Translations under genes and position numbers: made by a program
Notes under the pieces: generated by a model
The model's input: the letters and a program-made list of their open reading frames with translations, nothing else
Told to the model about the DNA's origin: nothing
Database searches by the model: none
NCBI GenBank assembly: GCA_900617105.1
Contig: UYFQ01000358.1
Span: forward strand, 1-36,276
Direction of reading: 5' to 3'
From: Hydrurus foetidus
Lineage: Eukaryota
Length of the DNA stretch: 36,276 nt
In this document: positions 1 to 11,435 of the stretch, in pieces
Layout: each line of letters opens with the position of its first letter
Numbering within the stretch: position 1 is the first letter of the stretch

Positions 1-1515
1 GTCGTTCGTGCAATTCTTTGACTGGGAGCATTTTCCGAATACAAACAGCTCACAGCAATAACCACGAAAAGTAGCCGCAATAGCAGCACGTGAGGGATTG
101 GTGGTAGTGAGCACAGCTAACGAAGGTTCGTCTGGGGAGGATGGATTGCGTTCATTAATTAAATCAGTAGAATTCTGATGGCTGTTGTAGACAGAGTAGT
201 CAGAGTCTTCTATGTCGTCATAATCATAGTCTTCGTCAATTTTGTTATAACCAGTATCATCATGATTGTCTTGGTGATCCATGTTTGTGTCGGTTGAGGA
301 GGCAAGCGCTGAAAAGTTGGTACGAAAATGATGACGGGTCTTCGAGATCTCAGCAACACGTTGATGAGATGGATTTAAGGCTGGTATTTGATGTCTGCTG
401 TGAGACTCTCCTTGAGTGGAACGCAATTCATTCCAACGCATAGGCGTTAATTGGGAATCAAAATCTTGCCGGGCTTCACTGTTAGAACGTCCTTCCATGA
501 GTTTGAAACGGACGAACTTGACAGCCGACTCAAGCGTTTTATGCTTGCTTAAATCATCTTTGCCTAGCCATTGTAGGATTGAATCTTTTTGACTTCCGAG
601 TGATATAATCCAGAGTGAGATATGGCCAGGGCTATCTTTTGTACCATAGGTACCAACGGGCATTTTGGCAGCGTTGTTGCTGAGCTTAGATGTCTCCTCA
701 GATAGGAGGTTGTACAGACTGAGCAAATCATTGAGAGATCTCATGAGCGGGCCGTAGAATATTTTCGAGAAATTCTCGGTGTTGATGTCGGGGCTTTGTG
801 GAATTCCTTTGCCAAGGAATAGAATGAGTTCCCGCGAATACAACTCCTTTGTGCGTGGTCTCGCAGCTTCGATTAGAATCTGTTGAACAGATGGATTTGT
901 GAAGGAAAGCCAGTCTTCAACCATTACTTCTTCATACTCACGACCATCCACTTGTGACTGTCGGAAACGGAAGGAGTTCCAGTTGGCTACGATATGAGGC
1001 CTTAAGTTGTAAGCTACCATGTGAGCCATCTTGATGTCGCGACCAGGATATTTTGAAGCTAGTAGCTGCATCTGTTTTGCAAGGTATTGAAGTCCTTCTA
1101 GTGAGGAAACTTTCAATTCCTTATCGTAGACGATATCATTTTGCAATATCTGGATGCGTGGTTGTTGGGAGGAGGTTTGCTTATCATCTGGAGACAATGA
1201 TTGCCCAAAGAAAATGGTGGAACGTCGGTCGCTTTTCGAACGATCCGCAACAGGTGTCTCAATATCACCAAGAGAGTATGGACTTTCATCGCCAGGTTTC
1301 ATTGATAACGAAGCGATGGCTGCACGCAACTCTGTGATGTCTTCTCTGTTGGATTCTTGATTTCTGACACTCTGCTGACAGAATTGCGTAACCATGGCGC
1401 GGAATTCGGCATCGTCGTTATTCTTTCGAATGATTGGAGTTTCATCTTTAGTAGTAGACTTGCCAGGATCCAACTTCGGCGAGTTCTTCGGAACAGTAGG
1501 AACTTCTTTCGACAT
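1..1515 (-). CDS. Gag-like ORF of LTR element C (at least 505 aa, runs off the left edge), ending in a probable CCCH zinc finger
   Basis: Manual minus-strand translation is open from ATG 1515 (MSKEVPTVPKN...) to base 1, with an in-frame stop just upstream. It is absent from the ORF track because no stop lies in the window. Last residues are GYCCELFVFGKCSQSKNCTND. It lies downstream of a candidate LTR, so the gag identity is positional inference. Confidence 0.7.
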   Translation of the reverse strand, partial: MSKEVPTVPKNSPKLDPGKSTTKDETPIIRKNNDDAEFRAMVTQFCQQSVRNQESNREDITELRAAIASLSMKPGDESPYSLGDIETPVADRSKSDRRSTIFFGQSLSPDDKQTSSQQPRIQILQNDIVYDKELKVSSLEGLQYLAKQMQLLASKYPGRDIKMAHMVAYNLRPHIVANWNSFRFRQSQVDGREYEEVMVEDWLSFTNPSVQQILIEAARPRTKELYSRELILFLGKGIPQSPDINTENFSKIFYGPLMRSLNDLLSLYNLLSEETSKLSNNAAKMPVGTYGTKDSPGHISLWIISLGSQKDSILQWLGKDDLSKHKTLESAVKFVRFKLMEGRSNSEARQDFDSQLTPMRWNELRSTQGESHSRHQIPALNPSHQRVAEISKTRHHFRTNFSALASSTDTNMDHQDNHDDTGYNKIDEDYDYDDIEDSDYSVYNSHQNSTDLINERNPSSPDEPSLAVLTTTNPSRAAIAATFRGYCCELFVFGKCSQSKNCTND

Positions 1516-1931
1516 GGATTTCTTCTTCGAAGAAGAGAAGGATATTTTTTGTACAAATATTTTTTGCTTCGTGAAATGTCACTGAAGGAGTTGAATCTCA
1601 CCCGAACAGTATCAGCTCTTGTTTGGCCAGATTCGCAAACTACGACCGTCGTCTGGCTTGAAGAGTCTTATTCTGAACTGGAGATTTGTCTGATCGTTCT
1701 TGTGTAAACGAGAAAAGTACTTTTATGCTGTCCACGTAGCTTACAGAAGCTAAAACGAGAGGACGGGTTTCTTGGATCAACTGCAAGGGCTGTTGATCAG
1801 TTTGCGAGAACTGCAAACTAGGATGAGCGGCTAACGGCCACAGATCGTTCAGCAACAAGAGAGTCGCTGGACAGGATGTTTGGCTAAAAGAAGCCGGTTT
1901 GGGTTTGGTGTTTTGTTTAAAGATTTAAAGA

Positions 1932-2125
1932 TGTGAGAGGTGTATCGAAGAAGCTGACTACGAGAGTTGCAAGTTGAAGTATTCGAGAAACCAAAAACTG
2001 GTACCGAAAAGCTGGTACCGAAAAACCTGTGGCTGCAAGCAATGTGTACTATGTACGTACATACATGTAACGTACGTGTGAGAATGCAATATAGTGGAAA
2101 CTATGAAATAGTGGAAGCTATAACA
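1932..2125 (-). repeat. Candidate 5' LTR of element C
   Basis: Minus strand starts TGTTATAG at 2125, exactly where the RT homology of element B breaks off (WPLPNI). The inner end (…CTCACA at 1932) is uncertain and no second copy is in the window. Confidence 0.5.
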
Positions 2126-5100
2126 CGCGGATGTTGGGGAGGGGCCAGCTGGCGGGTTTGATGCAATCGTTGAGGTTCCTGTAGTCGATGCAGACCCGCA
2201 CCTTATCTTCTGTCTTCTGTACAATCACGGGGTGACTGTAATAAGAGGCGTTTGATTTCTCAATGGCGCCGTCAGCAAGCATCGTGGTGATAGCTTTCTC
2301 TATCTCGATGTTATTCTTTACCGACTGGAGTCGACACGGGGTCCTGTTCCCTAGGGTCTCCCACAGTGGTTCCTCCACGTTAAATCGGAACGGGGTTAGA
2401 TCTGCGGCTCTTTCTGTGAGCACATCACTGAAGATGTCTCGGTACTCCATGACGAGATCTTTCAATCTGTGTACCGGGGTCTCACTACCAGCGAACACAA
2501 ATTGTTCCAGGAAGGCTTTGGTGTCGTCCTCCACTCTATGAAGTCCCTTGTTGTTGCTGAAGAAAGCACCGAAAGTGTCGACTTTCTGATTATCACTCTC
2601 ATCGACGGAGACTATGATACCACTGGGCTTAATGCAGACAGGGTGGAGAATATCCTCGCTTGTTATAAGTGGTGTGTGCGAAGGGGTGTGATGGGGGTCG
2701 ACACCCGGACGCGGTGTATCGTCCGTACGTACAGCCAAGGCAGCAACTACGTTGCCTGGAAGCTGACGACCCTCGTTGCCACGAGCCGGGCGGTTAGCAA
2801 GACCGTTGTGGGCTGCACACTTACAATCTGGCGAGCATATAGTCGGCTGAGTGTCGGTGACGGGTACCAAAGATGCAACGACATGGTCTATGGTAGACGG
2901 TGTGGGACCATACTTAGCCTTCATCTTCTCCGCGAGTTTCGCTCTTTCCTTTGCTGCTTTCTTGCGCTGTGAGGGGTTCAACTTCTCAGGAGTACGTGCT
3001 GGCAACGTCTCCGCGTCAGCGACAGCTGGTGTCGAAGCCTTCACCTTAAAGGTAAGAGGTTTCTCTTTGGCCGTCTTACGGGAGTAGTCCTTAGGGGGCT
3101 TATCCGGTTTGTCCGAGACGGGCTTTTTAGCTGCCAAAGGTGGCGGTTGTGGTGCGGACGGTGCTTTGAAACCCAAAGCGGATGGTGTCAAAATGTTAAA
3201 ATTATTTATCGCTAGGGTTGTCCGACCCACAATTAAATCGATTTCTTGGTCAGGGTTAACGTTAACCGTGAAGTACACCGTGTGTATTATATCATCGTGT
3301 GATTGAAAGATGATGCCTATGTCTACAACATTGACACTCAGATAGCAGGTGCGATCCAGGCCACTGCATACAGTCATGGGAACAGGTGAGGTGTAGATGT
3401 ATGGCAGTGCATTCATTCTGACTAAACAGTCACGCGAAATGAAATTCCCCGGAAAGCTTCCCGTGTCCAGCAGCGCATCCCCCTCGACTTGTTTCGAATG
3501 TCCCATTACCGCGTCCTGCGTGTCCTTACGCTGTACAGCAAAGATATTACAAGACAAGTAATCAGTCGGGTTAGTCGAGATGGGCGGTTGCACATCCGAG
3601 GGTACAAGGTCCGTACGTACGGGGATGGGTAAGACAACTGAAAGTGCAGGTAACGCAGTAAGCGGCTGTATGGCAGCAACAATGTCAGATGCAGGCGCGA
3701 GTGCATGGACAGAGTCTACAGCAGCTAGAGACTTACTTCCTTTGTTGGATCTTGGTTGGGAACTGCTCCTTGGCTGGGAGCTGCCCCTGGCCCTGTTGTG
3801 GCGTGATCCCTGTCCGCCTCCTTTCTTGCTGTCGTACTTACGACTGTCTCGGCGGTCATCGTCTCTGTCACGACTGCGTTCACGGTTGGAAGAACGGCCA
3901 CGGTCTGCGCGTCGCTCGCGTGCTTTGCGTTCGTTCAGATCGCGGTCGTCTCTCTCCCGCTCCTGCAGCGTGCGTCGGTCTCGCGCGGGACGGTCGTCCT
4001 CAGACTCACTGTTGTAACGGACACGTTTGGATGTATCCGCATCCTCTGAGGACTCCTCCGCGCGTTTCTTCCGACGAAGCTCCCATCCTGGTAGATACAG
4101 ATGCTCTACGAAGGTGTCATGACCCTCAGCCATCCATGCCTTTCCCATCGCAGACTCCCCCCATAACACGTGGTACTGGTTGTTCGTGTCATGAAGGCCT
4201 TTGAAGGGGCAGTCCGCAACACGGTGTGTTGCGAAACTGCAGCACTGGCATTCAGTCGGATCCGCGTTGTACGCTCGGCGCTCGCTCCTTTGTTGCACTA
4301 GGTCCGACGTCGAACGAGTGGAGGCTCACGCAGCAGAGTTGCTGGGACCAGACCATCCTGACGCTGATGTCGTAGACTTGACGCTAGTGGGTGGGAAGGT
4401 GTGGACGATAGAGGTATCGCCATACTGAGCCACCTTGAACAACGCCTGGCGTGCGACTGCGAGTGTCTTGCAGAACCTGTAGACGCATGTCAACCAGGTG
4501 TCTTCAGTCTGAGGGGTGTTGGGGTTCGACACGAACGCGACCATCCTCTCGACTTTGTCTGCCTTCTTCATGTCGAAGTAGTCGTGACGGATCTGGGACT
4601 CTTCCGCCGCGACACGCTTCTCGAAGATCTTGATGAGGTCTCGCTGCTGTTCCTCAGTGATCTCCCCCACCGTACGGGTGTACCCCTTGATGACCTCTTT
4701 GTAATCCGCCATCATCAGTATTTCGTGATCCTCGTTATCAATACAATACTGGAACTTGACCTTGGAAAACACCTCAGCCAGGGTCTTCTTCTCATCGTGT
4801 CTCTTGCCAAAGTACTGGCTGACAAGACGGGCGATTTGAAGGTGCGACAGTCTTGTCCTCTACAGGGATACCTCCGACTTGTTGAGGACCTTCAGCGAAG
4901 GATCGCACCGGATTTTCATGTCCAATGTATCCATAGCCGCTTCTGTTATCGTCTGTTGAATGTCGATGGAGTCGCCCATGGTGACAGCCTGTGCAAGGAA
5001 CCTCTCAGCTTGATCCGAGCTGATGAGAGTGTTCTGTAACACAAAGAGTTTCTTGTTGAAAGACAGAGCTTTGGTTATCGATGAAGCCAGGGAGTTCTGG

Positions 5101-5205
5101 AGGTTCCGCCATCCCTGTTTCCGTGAACCTCCTGATCTCCTCCTCTGTTAACTCTGGGATCTCTGGAGGAGGGGAGGGTGTTGGAAGCGGTTGCTCTGGT
5201 GTCAT
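2126..5205 (-). pseudogene. Degenerate gag-pol of element B
   Basis: ORFs 4860-5042, 4326-4772 and 2118-4298 share one frame, separated by in-frame stops at 4860-4862 and 4326-4328. ORF 5005-5205 joins via a frameshift near 5040. Confidence 0.8.
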
Positions 5206-5737
5206 CCTTCTGAAGAGCTGCTAAGCAGGCTGCTTTGACCGGAGCGCTTTTTAATTAAATTCCTCTAAGATCTTTCCCTCTTGAAAAAAAAATTGCAAGA
5301 GGTTTGCCTCGTGCCGTATCGGTTGGACAGGTGTCTGAGCGATTGGGATTAGCAAATAAAGCAGATGAAAAAATAATCAAAGGTCTTCGACTAAGAGGCA
5401 CTTGAAATCCGGTCTTCGGCTCACCAAACAGGTTCCTGTTGGCGGATCCAAAGGAGCAGGCGTTGCTGCTTTGAGTCTTGAAACAGGCTTGAAGTCCTGT
5501 TGATGATTGCCCACGAAGTCTTTTGCAATTCAGATAGGGGATACCTATGTTGCTTCAAACAGGTATTGACTTCTGTTCTTCAGCTGGCGTCGAAACGGCT
5601 TAGAGCTGGCAACCGATGTGGCAATCGGGAATCCGTGAAGATCTTGATATCCTCCTGTGAAAGCTCTTGAGTTTCTTGAGCTTTAGAGTCTTGATCGGCT
5701 TTTGAAATTCAGATAGGGGATAACTATGTTTCACCAA

Positions 5738-6148
5738 TGTCGCTGAGTAGTGCGAAACGTGTCGTTTGACTGACAACGTTTGCTACAATCCTGAGTTCTC
5801 CAACCAAATGCTTTGGAAGGACTTCTGAAAACTCGGTGGGCCGCGTGGACAGAAGTCTAGCTAAATAGATGGATGGTAGTAGGGGGCAAGGTAGTAGAAT
5901 TTAGGAGGGAAAGCGGAACAAGTAGATCTACTGTAGTCCAAATGAAGCTGGAAGAGGCAGAAAGGTAGCTTAGCTTACAACGGAAAAGAGGGTGGGTGAG
6001 CTTGTAGAGGTGTAAAACTCTGCATGCAAAGCGTTGCAAGGTAGGCTAACAAGCTGCGAGATGTCAGAGGGATTCTCAGCCACATGTAGAGACGGCTATA
6101 CGGTACTACGGAGGGTAGGAATGTGGTACTAAATCCTGTACCATCACA
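5738..6148 (-). repeat. Candidate 5' LTR of element B followed by a PBS-like TGGTGAAAC
   Basis: Minus strand reads TGTGATGG...AGCGACA then TTGGTGAAACATAG. A TGG start is complementary to a tRNA CCA end. Only one copy is in the window. Confidence 0.55.
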
Positions 6149-7965
6149 CCTGTAAGGTGCGAGTGGTTGAGGGATTCGACGGCTTTGCAGTCTTCGCGGA
6201 CTTAGCGCGTGGTTTGGTGGTGTTCTCATCAGGCTCAGCAGCGCGTTTGGAGATAGGCTTATCTTTAGAATGCGTAGCTGGGCCTGGAGCAACCTCATAA
6301 CCAGCAGCCCGAAGCTCGTTGGCTGAGTTTCTGAGAGTAGTCAGTTACGTCCACCAGACGATTCGAAAGTCTTTCAAATCGTTGATTGGAACAGTCTCAC
6401 CGTTCACCTTGCGGCGTAAGATGAGCTGCCAATCGACGGGGTGGGTAGGCAACTGACGCTCTAGAATCTTAACAGCCTTAAGCTGTTCCTCAGTAGTAGT
6501 GCTGGGGAAATTTGCTACCAGATTAGCCAGCGCAGTATCGTTCTGAGTATCGGTCTCAATCTTATTCGGATCGAATCTGAAATCGAAAGATGAGACCTGC
6601 TCAAGAAACGATGCCTGCCTGAGAGGCGTATCGATGGATTCATCTGGTACTGCTTTGAGGAGTTCTGTACAGAATCTCTCAGTAGACCAGTTCTTCCAAT
6701 CTTCGCACTCGTTGCGAGTAGCTCTACCTATGCAGTAACCTCTTTGCAGAAGTGTCGCAAGATATTGCTCGACGTCAAGTGGTACCACGTCTAAGAAAGT
6801 AAACGGGCAACCCACTTTGCGAAGATCATTGGTGATGCCTAATACCTCAAGATGAGTGGGAACTTTACTCAGCTTCCTAACCTTTTCATGAGGTAATAGG
6901 TAGCGAGCCATGAAGTTTGTTCCCCCAACATCGTTGGTAGCACCACCAATGGGAGCAAAAGTTGCAACACTCTGAACATTACTGTTCATGACATTGCTGT
7001 CGAGAGTTGTTGACAAATGAGAACCGGTTTGCACCGGGATTGCATGTAAAACTGCAGCAGATAACAAAGGCAGCACAGGCAGCACAGGCAAAACATCACG
7101 CACAATGACAGGTGCAGTGGTGATGTTGGCGGAGGCGATGGCGGTGATGGAAAGGGTGTTGGGTGTTGGCGATGTTGGAGAGAGGGGAAACGGTTGGCGC
7201 TCCGAAAGTACTCCATCCAAAAGCTGGGGAGGTTGTTGGCGATCAACAGAAGGTTCCCTAGCTTGGGATATCGCTGGACCCGATGGCATAGCTCCTATAG
7301 GAGCTGAAGGTGACTGCAAAAAAATTTACAAGGGGTTTCCCCTCCCAAACCGGGGGCCAAATTCTGAAGGAGGTTAGAGGCGATGGATTGAGAAGCTACT
7401 GCGTCAGCAGCAGCAGCAGCAGCAGCAGCATGTAAAACTGGAAGCGAGGGAGGATTCACCGAGTCGGAATCTTCCGTTGTAACTCGCGAGGACTGGCCGA
7501 CAGGATTGTCGGCGCTCTCCGATGATGGCGCTTCCTACGGACGAAGGAGTTTAGATGGCGGTTTGGCCAACGCCCTGGCGTGCTTCCTCAGCTTGCTGGA
7601 TACCATGCTGGTGATTTATGCCAGACGGTCGTCGAAGGTCGGTCAATTGCTATATATCTATCTAGCTCTCCAGTAACGAGAGCTCGTCTAACAACTCTCA
7701 ATATTAATATTGTAGTCGCGGCCGGATTCGAGTACGAAGAATCCAGGTAAAGACAGTAGATGGGTAAACTGTTGGTTTAGTTACAGTTTGTGAAAGAAGC
7801 GAGCAATCAGCTAATAACAGACACAAACGATAGGCTACAAGGGTGCTGATGCTGATGAGCGTCCGTTACCGGTGGACAGGTGATGTGGATGAAAATAGAC
7901 TATGGGTACGTGAATTATATACAAGTGTGTATGAAGTGTACGGTGAACGTACGCGCTAGGCTACA
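6149..7965 (-). mobile_element. LTR retrotransposon A, 5' part (LTR plus degenerate gag-like ORF), interrupted by element B
   Basis: LTR with TGTAG...CTACA termini, then an ORF from ATG 7606 with a stop (7535-7537), a frameshift in a T7 run (~7320), a 324-aa open segment, a stop (6345-6347) and in-frame continuation to ~6150. No pol is visible, so the superfamily is inferred. Confidence 0.68.
7711..7965 (-). repeat. 5' LTR of element A (255 bp)
   Basis: 5-bp inverted termini (+ strand TGTAG at 7711, CTACA ending 7965). Copia RT codons begin immediately after 7965. Confidence 0.65.
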
Positions 7966-9400
7966 CGGGCACCAGTGTACCGTGGCAGTACACGTCGACG
8001 ACTTGCTAATAACAAGCAATTGCAAGGGGTCCATGTCCCACCAAGTCGACAGACTGCGCAAGGGGTACGGTTCGATTACATGTCACATGGACCTGTTATA
8101 AATTATCTCGGTATGGCAATAGATATGCATATACCAGGACAGGCGATGATCACCACGACGGGATACTGCAACGAGATCGTCAGGACATCCGGGGTGAAGG
8201 GAGCAACAAAGTCACTAGCTAGAGACGGACGAGACGAGGGAGAATGCGGCAGCGGTAGTGGAGCCAGTGCGAGTATGGTTCCACAAAGTCGTCGCCATGA
8301 TCCTATACTTGGCCAAGCGCACCAAACCAGAGTGTCTAGTCGCAGTGGCTTTCCTATCCACCCGGGTGAACAAGTGCACAGCAGACGACGTGGAGAAGCT
8401 CCAGCGACTGGTGAGATACATCCACGCGACAAGGAACAGCGGCGTAGTGCTGAGACCGGGTGCCAGTGGTGTAGTAGTGAGGCTTTCTGTGGATGCGTCA
8501 TACGGGGTGCACACTGACGGATGGTCTCACACGGGGAGCTGCGTAGTGATCGGAGACGTCGGGGAAGTGCACTGTAGATCGTCAAAGCAGCTCATTGTGA
8601 CAAAGTCGAGTACAGAGGCTGAGTTGGTCGGCTTATCTGATTCGACCAATCAGAGCATTTTTATCCGTACATTTCTAATCGCGCAGGGTTACAAGATGGA
8701 GCCGGTTACCATATACCAGGACAATCAGTCATGCATGGCGCTAGTGGAACGCGGCAGATCGGGAGCGGAGTGCACACGCCACATACAAATCCGATACTTT
8801 TGGGTCAAGGAGCGAGTGGATACCGGTGAAGTGCGGGTGGAGTACCTGCGCAGCGAGGACATGTACGCCAACGTGCTGACAAAGCCACTCCAAGGATCCT
8901 AGTTCCGGAGAGAGAGAGACTGGCTCACAGGATGGGCTACTGACAAAGCGGAGAAATGAGGGTGCCTGCGACACAGACAGAGAACCACACGATATTATTT
9001 AGTTAGACATCACTATTTGCAAATCAATTCATGAAGATCCGATGCGTGCCCAGGTGCTTCAACTACTACGTGCCTGTTGGGTGTGTTGGAGTATCCGGAG
9101 AAAAGACACTGCTGTAGTTGTATAGTGTATGCATGGATCCTGACGGACAGCGGTGTGTACCCTGAGGGTGCGTACCGCTGGCCGTTAGATGTGTGGGCTC
9201 ATGGAGCCACCCATTCGTCTGTCTTCAACATGGATGAAAACGTGCAGTTGTGTTGATATGTAAAGCTTCGTTGCCGTCTTGATTGATGCCGGTGCACAAG
9301 TTTAATTATCAAGTAATTACGCAATACAAGTCTATTTTACGAGCCTTGAGTCACCGGTCGCACGCGTCACAAAGCATCCGGAAGTTGAGGAATCCCAACA
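7966..9400 (+). mobile_element. Ty1/copia retrotransposon 3' remnant (RT C-terminus, RNase H, 3' LTR)
   Basis: RT motifs VAVHVDDLL and NYLGM; RNase H motifs DASY..H.DG.SHTG, KSSTEAELV, YQDNQS, TRHIQIRYFWVKE, MYANVLTKPL. Frameshifted, with a premature stop at 8900-8902. Confidence 0.92.
9084..9400 (+). repeat. 3' LTR of the copia remnant
   Basis: TGTTGG (9084; alternative start 9075) ... CCAACA (9400) inverted termini, downstream of RNase H. Confidence 0.7.
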
Positions 9401-10177
9401 CTTCGTTCCGCTACGGGGATTAACTTCAGTAGAAGGGTTTTGGAACACAGATCCTAATCTTTCTTATTGTGAGGGGGACGTTGTAACGTACCAGGTGAGG
9501 GATAAACTTAAAAAGAAGATTTATGAAGAAAACATCATAATGTCAATAAAAACATATCTTTTAGCTATGCCATATGGTTACCAAATGAAATTTGATTTTT
9601 AATGTAAATCTCATTCTCACAATTTTCCGTGATGCCGTCATCGCCATGCAATTTTCGATTTGGTGAGATCACTGCGGCATCCTCAAAATTCAATTCATGA
9701 TTAATAACTCTCGCCAACTCCTCTTCGACAGAAAATGGAGATGGAAAAACCCTTATTCTTTTTTGCTGAGATACCTTGAGGTCGCCACCTTCGCCGCGGC
9801 CTGCTGCAGGGAGATTTTCTGGTACTGCCATTGTCAATCTCTGTATATTTGTTTCCGATTCAGTATCTGTGTCGATTTACATGACCTCATAGTCCACAGA
9901 TATCGATAGGAAAACAGTCTTGTCAAATTTCAAGAAATATACTTAGATAGGAATTAGCACAATAACAATAACGGGGTAATCATGTGAACTATTGGCTATA
10001 ATCAACAATCCGAAAAGCGGTGACCAGGTACAGCGAGATTAAAATCGGACTTTTTAGAATCGGACTTCCGATTTAAATCATGAAAATATTCCAAGGTTGT
10101 ATACCTCTTCGAGATAAACAACATAAGATTATCTTCGGGGAAACGGGTCCAATCTTGTCCTCAGGGTACTGCGAGAG

Positions 10178-10260
10178 TGTCAGTAGTATACATACACATA
10201 TACATACACTACTGTCGGTTACAACTGGCAATGACGACCCCGACTCCAACTACCACCACC
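10178..10260 (+). repeat. Truncated 5' LTR (83 bp)
   Basis: Matches the first 83 bp of the 3' LTR, then joins directly to gag codons. Confidence 0.9.
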
Positions 10261-11435
10261 ATAACTGGTCCGCCTGGAACCAAGCTCTCAAGCTCCAATG
10301 CTTCACCAAGTTTGGCGTCGCCGGCCAAAAAATCCTCTCCGACATGAGCATTCCTCTCCAACCCTTCGCTATTGAGCCATCCAAGGCAGACCTCGACAAA
10401 GACGACAACGGCATTCCAATTCCGGGGCAACTCACCTACTCCAGGCGCCCACTTTCACCCGACGAAGCAGCACTCCCACCCATCGACCCAGTTACCCTAC
10501 CCCTGAGTACCCAAGGTAACACTAACTTCCGCGACGACAAGAAGATCTACTCCGAGGCTAAAAGGCGCTTCTCTGACCATGACACGGAATGCCTCGACCA
10601 CCTCTACCGCCACATATCCCTAGCTTCCCACACCTCCATCAAGACCCACGCCAACTACCCCACTTACCAACTCCTTCCCATCGGATCTCGAAGCTACGCG
10701 TTTTACGTTATCATCCGCGCCATCCACTCCATCGGCAATGCCACAACCAAACTACATAGGACTCGCCTTTATGTCAACATCTCTCAATCTGACCTGCCCC
10801 ATGAAGCCTACATGGACCTCATCACCTCAATGACAGAGACCTTCAAACTCGACTTTGAGTCCGCCGCTCATCCTGGATTCGTCTCTATCCCTGAATTCAC
10901 TAGTTTCCTTTATCTCGCCGGCCTGAACCGAAGTGAGTTTCGCCGAGCCCTCGATGAGCTTCTCCAAAACCACCCCACTGGCCGCTTCCCAGACCCCATC
11001 GCCCTGATGTCCCAGTTGCAGAGTTGGAAAATAGCCAACTCACTCTCTTTCACCCGTGATGAAGTCTCCACTCAAGGCTCTGCCCTCCTCGCTTCGAACC
11101 CCCCACCATCCGCGCCCCGCACTCGCCCTCCCGGCACTAAGAAAGACAGCTCCCCCAAACCTCACCTACATCCCACACCTTGTACTTGGTGCCTCAGTGT
11201 CGACAAAGTCCAACGCTTCGGCCACCTCTCTGCATATTGTTCAAAGAATCCCAACCGTCTTGCCGGCCCCAGCCCAAGCCCCTCGCCACCTCCTCCACCC
11301 TCCAACACCTCACAGCGCCTTCGTGCACTCATTAGTCAGCTCGACGGCGCCGCCACTCCCGACGCTTCCAATGCAGCCATGCTCCTTATTGCAGAAGCAG
11401 CCATTGAAGCCTCTGACTATCCAGACTCTGCCTGA
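10261..11435 (+). CDS. Copia gag (N-terminus deleted)
   Basis: Open frame from NWSAWNQAL to TGA 11433-11435, with a zinc-knuckle variant CTWCLSVDKVQRFGHLSAYC. Confidence 0.8.

Larger units (their letters stand above)
2126..6148 (-). mobile_element. Ty3/gypsy-type LTR retrotransposon B, 5' part (LTR, gag, protease, start of RT), interrupted by element C
   Basis: Zinc knuckle CQCCSFATHRVADC (C-x2-C-x4-H-x4-C), protease ALLDTGS, then RT N-terminus SHPVIVQK..KVRVCIDYRNLN..WPLPNI. Protease followed by RT with no integrase between is the gypsy order. Confidence 0.88.

Noticed and set aside
2263..5039. Plus-strand ORFs overlapping element B (and antisense ORFs over the copia pol and IRE1)
   Set aside because: Antisense shadows of GC-rich coding sequence with no motifs.
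7311..7330. AAATTTTTTT as a programmed -1 frameshift in element A
   Set aside because: Not in canonical slippery-heptamer phase, located early in gag, and the element has other disabling lesions; a homopolymer indel is more likely.
9401..9837. 90-aa minus-strand ORF between the two copia elements
   Set aside because: No recognisable motif and trial splicing hit stops. It could be a gene fragment but is unsupported.
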